From Tubulanus polymorphus (Eukaryota; Animalia; Nemertea): 64,000 nt of DNA. The translations under genes and the position numbers were made by a program. Positions 24,393-36,300 of this stretch are shown here, piece after piece. The stretch is from the NCBI RefSeq assembly GCF_964204645.1, contig NC_134027.1, positions 21,538,560-21,602,559 of the forward strand, given 5' to 3'. The notes under the pieces were generated by a model. It was not told the DNA's origin. It saw only the letters and a list, made by a program, of their open reading frames with translations, and ran no database searches. Position 1 is the stretch's first letter; every line of letters starts with the position of its first letter.

Positions 24393-27300
24393 ATGGCTCA
24401 GTTTGGAAAGAATTTGGACATTTTTAGCGCTTCGAGAACCGTGAAAATTATTGGAACTCAAAGCAATGAAAATTTTACTGTAAGTTTTTGTACCACCACC
24501 ATGTTCACTACTAATGTCGATGCCATAAAAACTTATGAAACTTAATGATTACGGTATACAAGGGTCCAGTCGTAAAAAAAGTTTAACTTTTAAATAGATT
24601 TGATTTCTTACAAATTTCTTATTTCGGTCGAGGATTTCGGCCTAATCAATCAAAGGCAGTGATATTTTACCAATGCAGCTTAGCCTCAGGTATGGATTTA
24701 GACGGTAGCACTTTAGTTCTTTCTACCATCGCGAAATATCTCGTGCCTTCTTTTCATGCCCAAAGTAGAAAAGGGCACATTGTTACAAGACAAGGTAGGC
24801 CCTGCTGGATGATTTTAAACTAAGAGATCAATTCTTCAAGATTTTGTCGTTATTGGCTGGAAACTACATCGCAATGCAGTTAATTTGCTAGAAAGCACTC
24901 CACGTCAGGACTTTGATTGCTTGCAGCTAAAGGCAGATTTTCAAAATTTCAGAATGCCCTTTTTATTTCAAAATGCCCTTTTAATAAGTTGTGCTACCCT
25001 AGACATTATCCCTGGATCAGCCCCTGAACCTGAAGATAACATTAAGGCTATGAGCTACCTGGTTCTTGTATTTTGTTTATTTCATTACAGCTGTATATAG
25101 TAGAAGTGTCAATGGGTAGATTCAGTTGGACGGTTAAACATCGTTACAGCGAATTTCACGATATGCACGAAAAGGTAAGAAAGTGCTGTCGATTTCAGGG
25201 TCCAGTTGCTCAAAAATTGGTTATAGTTAACCACAGTGGATAGTTGACATATTGACAATTTAAATAGCGTTGTTTCTACGGTATTTATCCCCCGGCTATC
25301 TTTAACCAATTTTTGAGCAACTGGACCCAGGACCCAGTTCCACAGTTGTGAGTTAAGATTTGACCCTGAGTTAACTCATTGAAAATGAACTAATTTAACT
25401 CAGAGTTAACTCTAACTCACAACTGTGGAACTGGATCCTGGTCTTTGGTTTTTGGACTCCTGCTTTGGATGCTGACTGACTGTTCTGGACTTATCAATTT
25501 TACCCTGTGTTTGGATTCGAGAACTCTGCTTTGTCCCCACTCGGAAACTTGGCCTTCAAACTGGACATGGCAACCAAAACCTCCATTTGTCTTGAAGCTC
25601 TGAGTCTGGTTTTCAAATTGAAAATTGTCTTCTTTACAAATGACAAGTTAAAAGATTTGCTATAACGGAGACAGACACAGAATGAGCCAAGCTGGCTTAT
25701 CCAGAAAGTGATATCCCATGCTGAGTCCCACAATCATGAAAACCGAAGAGTCGAAATATTGAGAGGTTGAAATTTATTCAGAATCCAAATTTTTGGTTCG
25801 GTTCTAAAAACAACTCACATATCAGTAGACTTAATGGTTTGGATAAGCCAAAAATTGATGGGCAGGATGATTATTAGGTTATTACGATAACGGGAAATTT
25901 CTTATTAGCTTGTAGCTGACCACAAGATCGACAAGAATATTTTGCCGCCGAAGAAAATATTTGGTAAAATGTCAGAATCTTTTATAAAAAGACGACAGAT
26001 GGATTTGGAGATTTACATACAAAGTGTACTGCATACGTTAAACTTTACGATTCCGCCAGTGCTGGCACATTTCCTTGACTTCCATAAATATGTAAGTACG
26101 TAATCATAGTTTTTTGGAGCGACGAGGACGCTTGTGGCATGTTAGGATCCTGCGGACGAAGATGCCGGATTTCATCTCAAATTGAATTCAAATCTAACTA
26201 TAATATCTCAAATTCTACAAACGGTTAATGAAAATCGTGTCGTATATGAGACCTAAACATTAATCTGAGTTTTATCGAGATAGGCCTATCTGATTTGCTG
26301 GGAGGTTAAAATCTAGGTGAAAGTTTATTGCAGATGAATTGAATTTTGGATAAGATGTCCTTTTGACACACATGCCACTTGCGTTACTGCTATATCCAGT
26401 GAAACATTGATTTATCATATTTGGGTCATGATTTTCTGTTTTATGATTGCCTTAATAGTTCTACTTCATTGTACTATAAGGGGCTGTCCACAAAAGATAT
26501 CCACACAAAGTTGCAAAATTCTAATAAATAAATCGTTGAAAATGAAATTTGTGGAGAGGTGTTCACTGTAGAGAGGGTTTAACTTTTCCAAGTGTACATG
26601 GTATTTGTATAAACCAGTATAATTCAAATTTCAATAAAATGTACAAGAAAGAAATTGAACCACAGTCACTGACAAACTACTAGTACTATAGCTACCTAGC
26701 CGGGTCCTAGCTTGTCACAGTTCCTCATTGTTTCACCTGATGGGCCTTGAGCTAGGGACACATGAGCGTATTTTTTGCCCGATCGCGACGATTAAATTTG
26801 CCAGCGAATTCGCCGATGAAATTATACGCCCGATACGAGCGGGCACACATAGCGAAATTCGGTCAGCGACTGGCACTAAGAGGGAGAGAGTTAACGAATC
26901 ACATGATATCAACAATGCATCCTATTCGTTGATAAAAATGGATCGCTCGGCGAAATTCGCTGAGTGCGGGCAGACAAGCGAATTTGCGGGCGATCGATCG
27001 CCGGCGTAAATAATCGGGCGAAAATATCAAACATGTTTGATACGGGCGATTCGCCGGGCGATCGAGTCGGCCGACGAAATCGTCGTCGCCGTGAGTGGCC
27101 ACACGAGCGAATTGGGCGAAAAAATACGCTCGTGTGCCCCTACCTTAAGTGAATATTAAGTAGTTGCGTTGATGTTTTTTGTGAAATGACTGAGTTATTT
27201 ATTTTAGGAAATCCATGGTATAACAGAAAGTTTGGCTGAGACCCTTTATCTCAAAGGTAAAATTAAAAAAGGTGTCTTCCATTTATTTTCGTGTTTTAGG

Positions 27301-30300
27301 GCCCGATATCGGGTCTCTGAGCTGGCACAACGAGAAAGCTGTTTTCAGCATATTTTTTGAAGGAAACATATTTGACACTGAAAATTTATTAAAGAAATGC
27401 TGCTTACATGAAAAAGTGCCCTTTTTAGGGTATCTTCTACTCAGAGCAGATTTAACAATAATGGGGAATAAACCGCATAGGTACCAGTACCCAAAATAGC
27501 CTCCACCCCTCTCATTTCTGTACCCTTAACTTTGCCACATCTCACTTTTACAGTTGTTTCATGTGTTCTTTGCCTCAAATCTTTTTCCATTGAATTAGGT
27601 GATGGATTGCTTCAGTCGAAAGGTATATTCTCGTTAACACCACTACAGCTGTACGCTATAAATGAACGCCTGAAGCTAGCAGAGCCCACTTGTGGTAAGT
27701 AACTGCATCCAGTTGCGTAGACGTGGACATAAAATAGTCGGCATCCAAAGTGTGGAAATAAATGGATATTACAGAATTATGCCATTTTTCAATCTTTTTT
27801 GTTGATTGGTCTTGTTGTAGAGTCTGGTGATAAGAAAAAGGACATCGGACATATTTTAGACTTTGTCACTTTGGATCAAAAACTACGGGTATGGTATCAA
27901 TTTGTTATTCTTTTTTGAGAATAACCCCATGACATTTTAGAAAAATGGTGTTGATTTGATGATTGTAGATTGTGGGATCACGAGACCCAGTCGGAGATAG
28001 TAATATTGATATGAATGCACTCGAGTTTGACATGACCGTGTTCCGAAATTTAGAGCATTTAGAGGTTGGTTCAAATCTTTTTAGCCCACTTGGGACTTTA
28101 GTCCCAGCGGGCTATTGCGTTCACTTTTCGTCCATCCGTCCGTCTGTAAAGGGAATCCAGTTATTTTGGGAAGTTTTTAAGACGCTTCAATGTAATGTCT
28201 TGACATTTGGGTTACACATGTATCTACCCTAGAAACATCTTCAGCCCAAAAACTGGCCCTGTCAGAATCAAGATGGCCGACCGGCAGCCATTGTTGTTCA
28301 CCAAAATCAGCACTTTTTACACATTTTTGAACTTTTTGAGGGAAATTTTGAAGACGCTTCGATTAATTACCTTGATCTTGTGGCACCAATCAGATTGCTC
28401 GTTGTATAATCGCTGGGGTAAATTTCACGGAAGAACCATAAATGGGAAAACCCGGGCTAAAATGAAACAGAATATCTGATTGGCTAATAATGACATCATC
28501 TAAGCTGCGCGCGTAACTGCGCACTCAGTCTAGTGTGGCAGGGTTTCATACCGTGGCAATCTCAATGCCATCAGGTTTGAATCCCTGCCGGGGGAGGATG
28601 ACTTATACCAGTCAATTTGGGAAACTGTTAGTCAAGTCAGTGAAAATTTTTCTTTTTGGAAAGACTGATATTCAACTGAACAAATTTCATTGCTTAACTG
28701 AGTCAGTGAATTGCATCATTGCTAGGCTACCCATTAGATGAAACTTTACCATATAGATTGAGACACTGTCTAAGGGATATAAATGAATTGTATTTGTTGG
28801 CTGATTCAGGCCATAAAATTTCAAATTGATGAAGAAAATAAAAGATGCTTTAGCATGCTGTGAAAACCTGGTAGTTGATTTCAGCACCCAACGTAAGGTT
28901 TTTTTTAGGTTGTAGATCCTGAAAAAATTTTAGGGCCTGAAAAGAACTAAAAGTTGTTTCTAGGACCTAAAAAGTTACACAGTTGTGTTTCTTTAATCAA
29001 TTTGAGTTATGTGGCTCGTATCAGCCCCCATTCTAGATTCTACCTTTAAGATGGCGGCACGTAAAAATTAAAATAACGTGTGTGTGCTTTATTTTTCAGA
29101 GGGACGTTGAAATGTTTTGTTTTCTAATTTTAGATTGTAAATTGTAATGCAGCCATGATAAATGGAGTTGAAGTCTTAAAGAGAACTGTTAAAACTCTAT
29201 CAGTTCGTCATACGATCAACTCACTAAAGGTGAGGTACATCATTTTCGATGATTAGTGTCTTTCAGTATCGATACACGGTTCATTACGGGCACCCCCAGT
29301 TAATTGAAGAAATCTCAAAAAGGCCTTGAATAGCAGTGAGTGTTCAAGAAAGGCATTGAAAATTGAGGCAAGGGGAAAAATAAGGGTCGGTGGCTGGTTA
29401 ATTGACTGGAGGAAGTTCTTCGAACACTAGGCCAAACAGAAGTAGCCTCTGTTTAAATAGTCTCCTTTCTAAGTCTGTATACTCAAACAATTGCAATACG
29501 AGTTATAGGCCTAATGTTCGTTACCGGAAGTAGGTATCAGTTTTCGCGTCAACCAACTACATTTCAATGAAAATCCGTTGGTTCAAGTTTCCAGTAAGCA
29601 TTTTCTCTAAAACTATACACGCTCTCACCTTTTCCAAGATTTCCCAATTTTTTGAGAAAATGCTTACTGGAAACTTGAACCGACGGATTTTCATTGAAAT
29701 GTAGTCGGCTGACGCGAAAACTGATACCTACTTCCGGTAACGAACGTTAGGCCTATTACCCGTAATAGGTCCGCTTATAGAAGTTCTTTTTTTCCATGAG
29801 TGTATATGGGTTTCTATCTGTATCGATTAAGTCTTTTGATTCGTGTGGAAATTGCTTTATTTGGCTGAAAAAGATGGGTTCAAAGTAGCGTTGAATATCC
29901 ACCAATTTGGATCTGCGATGCCATGAATTCTGATGCAGTTTTCGTCATATATTTTACATTTTTGATCATGTATATAGATATATCGTTGTAGGATATACTA
30001 ATGAGGGATGTAGCGGATATGCCAATTGATGGACACGGATATTTGATTCCGTTTTGGTTGTGCTTGAGATTCGCTGATTTTAGTCATAATGAAATATCGT
30101 CGTTGGAAGAAAGCGTGGTACGTAATTTACAAGTCAAAACTCTGCAGTATTTTTTCTTTCATCCAAATTTATAATTCCATCATTAGATTTCCATCCTCCC
30201 CGGCAGGGATTCGAACCTGATCACTGGCATCGAGATTGCCACGGTACGAAACCCTGCCACACTAGACCAACTGAGCAGCTACTCGCGAAGCTTAGATGAT

Positions 30301-33300
30301 GTCATTATTAGCCAATCCGGACCCGGTCAAGTGTGGCAGAGTTTTGTGTCTTGGCTGGGTGTAGTGATGCCATCGGGTTCAAATCCCTGCCGAGGCAAGA
30401 TGTGTAGATTTCCTGTTGGATGAAGTTCTTGGTGTTACTTAGTTTGGTAACTAACCAAAATTTCATCTTGTTTAACATTCTAATAAATTCTCTGAATATT
30501 CTGTCTGAAAGAAATGTTAGAAAAAACAAGGAGTTTGATCTTTAGGTTGTGGGTTATTCTTCTATCCAGGGAATTCCTCCGAATTCGAGGAACTGGTTTT
30601 TCATTGTTGTTCATTCTGTTTATATTTTCAGAAATTGATCAGAAAAGTTGAACATTTAAACTTGAGTCACAATAAACTTTTGAGGATTGAACATTTATCG
30701 GAACTGAGTGAACTGATGAATTTAGACTTGTCTCATAACGCGCTACACGATTTAAACGCTCTTCATACGAAACTGGGAAACTTGAAAAAATTGAATCTTT
30801 CCGGAAACAACATTACTTCATTACAAGGTACATGTACAGATTTGTTTGCTTTTACTTGCGCACGATGGTCACCCTCGATAGAACTAATCGGTCCCTGGTT
30901 AAACCTTAAGATTGCTTACCGGGTAATTTGTACCAGAATGCTTAGACCGTATATATAGATTGAGTCCTGTTCTGGAGGAGGGCTATTACATTTAGTTCAT
31001 TCGTCCATCATTTGTCCATCCGTAGCTAGATGGAGTCAAGCGCTTTTTTGGAGATGTTTCCAACCGGCTTTGATGTGTCGTCTTGATGCATCTACCCTAG
31101 ACACATCTGCTGCCCAAAAATTAGCCCGATCAGATTTACAATGCCATTGTCAAAGTTCAACGCAAAATCTTATCGGTTATTTGTATCAGCATGCCACATT
31201 GGGCTCTCAACAAGTATTGGTATGTGTTTATACAGAAGGACGTTATGAGGTCTTGTGGCATTAGATGCTATTGGGTTATCAACAAATCCTTTTTTGATGA
31301 ACCACCTTCTCCACTATCCATTGGACAAATGAACCAGAGTACAGAGAAAATATAATGTGCTCTCTATGAATTCAATTTCTCTATAAAGCCTAAATGAACA
31401 TATTTGTTATCTTATTTTTCAGGATTGTCAAAACTTTATTCTCTTGAAATACTCGATTTAAGCAGTAATGATATTTCCAAGGTAAACTTCATTTTAGAAA
31501 AAAACATGGCCGTAGAAAATCATTTAGTGGTTGGGTTACTGGGTATTTTTTTTATTTAAGGTGATGGAAGTCAGTCATATCAGTCGATTACCCTGTCTTG
31601 AGAAACTATTACTAATGGGTAACCCAGTAACTATAGTTTTAGACTATAGGACTAAAGTGTTTGAACTGTTTGGTGATCGCTGTAGTGAGGTATGTGTTAT
31701 GTACTGTTTACCTGTTAACCTGTTCTGCAGTTGTTAGTTATCAACAATTGAAATAAATGCCGGGGCTTGGTTTCTCGAAGAGGCTTAGCCTTTTAATGGT
31801 AAATTGATTTGGTAGTTAGTCCGTTTCTTGAAACTAGCCCCTTAAATCAGATTTAGACCCAATTTGAGAGAGCTTTGTCTGGAGATTGCAGACCAGCGAG
31901 CTCGCTGTATGTAGATACTTGCCCTTATATGTACTGTTTACCTGTTAACCTGTTCTGCAGTTGTTAGTTATCAACAATTGAAATAAATGCCAGGGCTCGG
32001 TTTCTCAAAGAGGCTTAGCCTTTTAATGGTAAATTGATTTGGTAGTTAGTCCGTTTCTTGAAACTAGCCCCTTAAATCAGATTTAGACCCAATTTGAGAG
32101 AGCTTTGTCTGGAGATTGCAGACCCCTATTTTGGCAGCGAGCTCGCTGTATGTAGATACTTGCCCTTATTTGTCCTTTTCATTTATTAGTGCTCCCATCA
32201 AAGTCTGTCCCTGAACCCAACCCTGTCAGATAAGTCTTGGTAGATATTCTTTTCAGTATGGTACGTATATTTCTTGTTGCAGTTGTGTTTAGATAATTTA
32301 CGCCCGAGTCAGAAAGAATTGGACACTGTGGCGATATTACAAGCTATTCATAAAGCTCGACAAGGACGAGAAAAGTCGAAAAAACCAAAAAAGGTTCGGT
32401 TAATCAGACAAGAACTTCATTTGTAGAAATTCTGCAAAGCCCAACAATCAATACATGTTTAATATAATTTTAGGGCACTCTACTGTTACACCAGAAATAG
32501 GCCTACATTTATACAGTTGACTACACTTATATTGTTACTGCATATATGGTAGAAACATTTATATCGTATATTTCATTTGGCCTGATGAAACTCTTCAGTT
32601 TAGTAGCTCTCAGGGAATGAGCACAATTCGTAGGTAAAACAAATCGATCTGAAGTAATTGTTCCTGCCTACCACTGTCTGTGTGTGTGTTGAAAATTGCA
32701 GTTTAGCGGAATTTAATCAAAATGATAGACAAGGCTTCAGTCTTGCTGTAGTGCCCTAGGGCACTTTTTAAAAGAGTAGTAATGATATGTTTTCATCAAT
32801 ATCATGAATCCTGGACCTCAAGAGCACAGCACCTTTGGTCTTCTAGTATTTATATGCTTATACTGTACTACACTTACGAATATCATATTGATATTGCAAG
32901 TCCTCGTCAATACCATATAAGGGTAGTTGACTGTATGAGCTTGATAGATTTTTTTAAACCCACTAGAGAAGGCCTGAAATATCGTAAAGGTTCTTAATTT
33001 CATTCTATTTCTGTATATATTTTATCTTATTTTCCGTTGCACCTATTTTGGTTGAATTTCTATTTTGTTTTTTCAGCAAGCTCATTCAGTTTCGATAGCA
33101 GATTTAGAGGAAGGAATATTGGATGATCAAACAGGTAATCATAATGTACGTAATGTGACCTTCATTGGTTTTGTAAACTTATTCAATACAAGTCCACTAT
33201 TGCTAAGATGTTTTCCAAGGATTGATTAACAATAAATACAATATGTTTCATTATCCTGTAATTTAAAATTCAAATATTCTATTTTCTAAAACTGATCAGT

Positions 33301-36300
33301 CCCCCACCTGACTCCAGTGGGTGTGATTTAGTTTGTTATGGAGCTACAACTGGCCGCTCAGCTTTTACGGCAAATAAACTTAAGATATAAAAAAAAACAA
33401 TATAAACTGACCCTTACCTGATGACATGATCTTTGTCTCTCACCTTCCTTTAAAAAACATTTAGCTGTTCAAACTTTCGTGATTACGAGTTAGGAAAGCT
33501 TGATAACCGTGCCAACAAATTAGAAAATTTCATCATTCAACTTATTCATATCTACAGTGAGAACTAGAGAGTCGGATGAAACAGCGACCGAGGGAGCAAC
33601 GAGGGAAGCTGAATATTTTCGATTACAAGTCGAAACTATTCGCGCACAAGGTGGCGAAGGTTGGCTGAGTCTACTTAATGATATACAGATTTCAGATCAG
33701 GTAAAAAAGTTCTATTTTATACAATTGTTTTTGACTAAACCGCTAAGGCTATTGTCTGGATTCATTATTTTACTACGTGCCCTCTGTCTCCTAGGTCGTA
33801 ATGGGCCTTTACTTTTTAGCCCACTTGGGACTTTAGTCCCAGCGGGCTATTGCGTTCACTTTTCGTCCGTCGTCCGTCCGTCCGTCGACGGAATCCAGTT
33901 ATTTTGGGAAGTTTTGAAGACGCTTCAAGGTAATGTCTTGATATTTGGTTTATACATGTATCTACCCTAGACACATCTTCAGCCCAAAAACTGGCCCTGT
34001 CAGATTCAAGATGGCCGACTGGCAGCCATTGTTGTTCGCCAAAAAAAGCACTTTTTACACATTTTCGAAGTTTACGAGGGAAATTTTGAAGACGCTTTGA
34101 TCATTTACCTTGATCTTTCGATTATATTTGAATCTACCAAGGGCCCATCAGCATAAGAAAAATTGGGTCCATCTGACTCGAGATGGCCGTCCTATGACCT
34201 TTTAAGTGCCCAAAAATGTCAAATTTGGCCAGAATTCTAGGTCCTGTAGCTTCCTACTGGTTTGCCATTTCTCATTGCAATTTGTGATGGGTATTCTTTG
34301 TAAAGGGATGTTTTATACCTGAGACAGGTATTTTTGATCTGCCAATTATGATGCAATTGGCGGCCATCTTGGTGTCATTAGTACTTATTTGTAGGTGGGA
34401 AAAAGTTTTTCGACATTATATTGATACCTAAGCATATTTTGCTACAACAATGAATTAGAAAGTTGTAGCGTATAACGTGTTCTATGATTGGGGTGAGTTT
34501 CAAGTTCATTGTTTTTTGTATATGGCCACCAGGGGGCGTTGAATAATACAATATCTTAGTATTTCTATATTATATTCGTACCAATACATATTTTGTTACC
34601 GCAATCAATTGCAAAGTTGTAGCTCATGACATCTTCCATGATTATGGTGAGTTTTAAGGACATTAGTTAATGTATATGGTCACCAGGGGGCGTTGAATAG
34701 TAGAATAACCTGGTATTTCCTTATTATATTGGTACCTAGGCATATTTTGTTACCATCATCAATTGCAAAGTTGTAGTTCATGACATGTTCTATGAATATG
34801 GTTAGTTACAAGGTTATTGGGTTTTGAATATGGTCACCAGGGGGCGTTGAATAGTAGAATAACTTAGTATTTCCATATTAAATTGTCAACGAGGCATTGT
34901 TTGTTATCACAATCAATTACAAAATCGTAGCTGCTGACATGTTTTATGATTGTATTGAGTTTCAAGGTCATTGGTTTTTGTATATGGTCACCAGAGGGTG
35001 TTGAATATTGAAATTCTTAGATTGTTGAGCATTTGAAACCACTTCCCAAGTGGGCATGGTGTCCCTGGACCCCTAGTTTGTTTCTTTCTTTGATAGGTGT
35101 TCGATGTCGGTTCAGTTAATTCAAATAGAGTGTCTACATCAAGTGAACAGTCATCTGTCAGGTAGTGGAGTAGAAATTTGATAATCATTTGCTTCAAATA
35201 CGACCTTACTTCAGTAGAAAAAGATTTCTGTTTTGAAAATGGCTCATTGAATTGAGTGGAAACATCACTACTCTCTTCGCGTTTCTTCAATCATAATTGT
35301 GGATCATAATTTTTCTTCAAAAGAAAAGACATCTGTTGCCCTCATTCACGCCAGATTTCGACATTCTGGACCCACTTCTACATTAGATGAGTTTATTTTT
35401 TGCCCAATTAAAATTCTATGGGTTTCCTTTGGATCCAGTTTGACATCAAGAAGCAATTCCCGAGTTTAAAAAGTGAATATCTCATCAGAAAGTAACTCTA
35501 GAGTCATATCTGAATCCATAACTGTTCAGCAGTATCTCTGCATCAGCCTTTTACGATGAGCAGATTTTCTAAGCAGATCTTATGAAGATCAGCGTTGAAT
35601 ATTGTTCGCTAGAAAATGAGCGATCGCATTCTCCCTTGGTGAAATTGGTTACAAGAAGCTTTGAGTACATATAAATTCTCATGCAACCTCGAAAGCAACT
35701 GAAACCTTTTTTGTTGCGCTTTGTTTTCTAGATCTGAAGAGATCGTGCAGTCGGCCACTTGTTCGAGTATCATTCCACCGCAGTTGCCCGGAGTCGAGGA
35801 TAGCGAATTCGTTACGCACGTGAAACTGCTTATCTCTAGTTTAAACATACAGACTCATATACCGGGAATAACCGGTTCTCCGTGCGACGAAAACGAACAC
35901 ATATTCTCCGTGCTTTGGTGTCGGTGTTACCCGTATCGATCGGAGCAGACGTCGTTTTTCGCTAGCGTCGTTTTAACCAACGAAATGTTGCACATATTCA
36001 AACTGAAATGTTCGACGTCGCGCAAAACCGATCTGTCGCACGTCTACAGCATTCCGATCAACAACTTACAAGAGGTCATCGTCGGTTACTGCGGAATGTA
36101 CGCGCGCGTCGAAGAAGCGTTTATCGGGTCGCCGGGCACGTTTACGTTTCGACCGGCGGACGCGTTTCAAATCGAACGGTTCGTCGCTCGATTGCGCGAT
36201 CTGTGTAAAATCAACGATCAAGACGTGCTTCTGGTCGTACAGTATGCCGACGTAGCCGAGCAGCGGCTACAAATGGAAATCCAACGCCACGAACCGCGCG

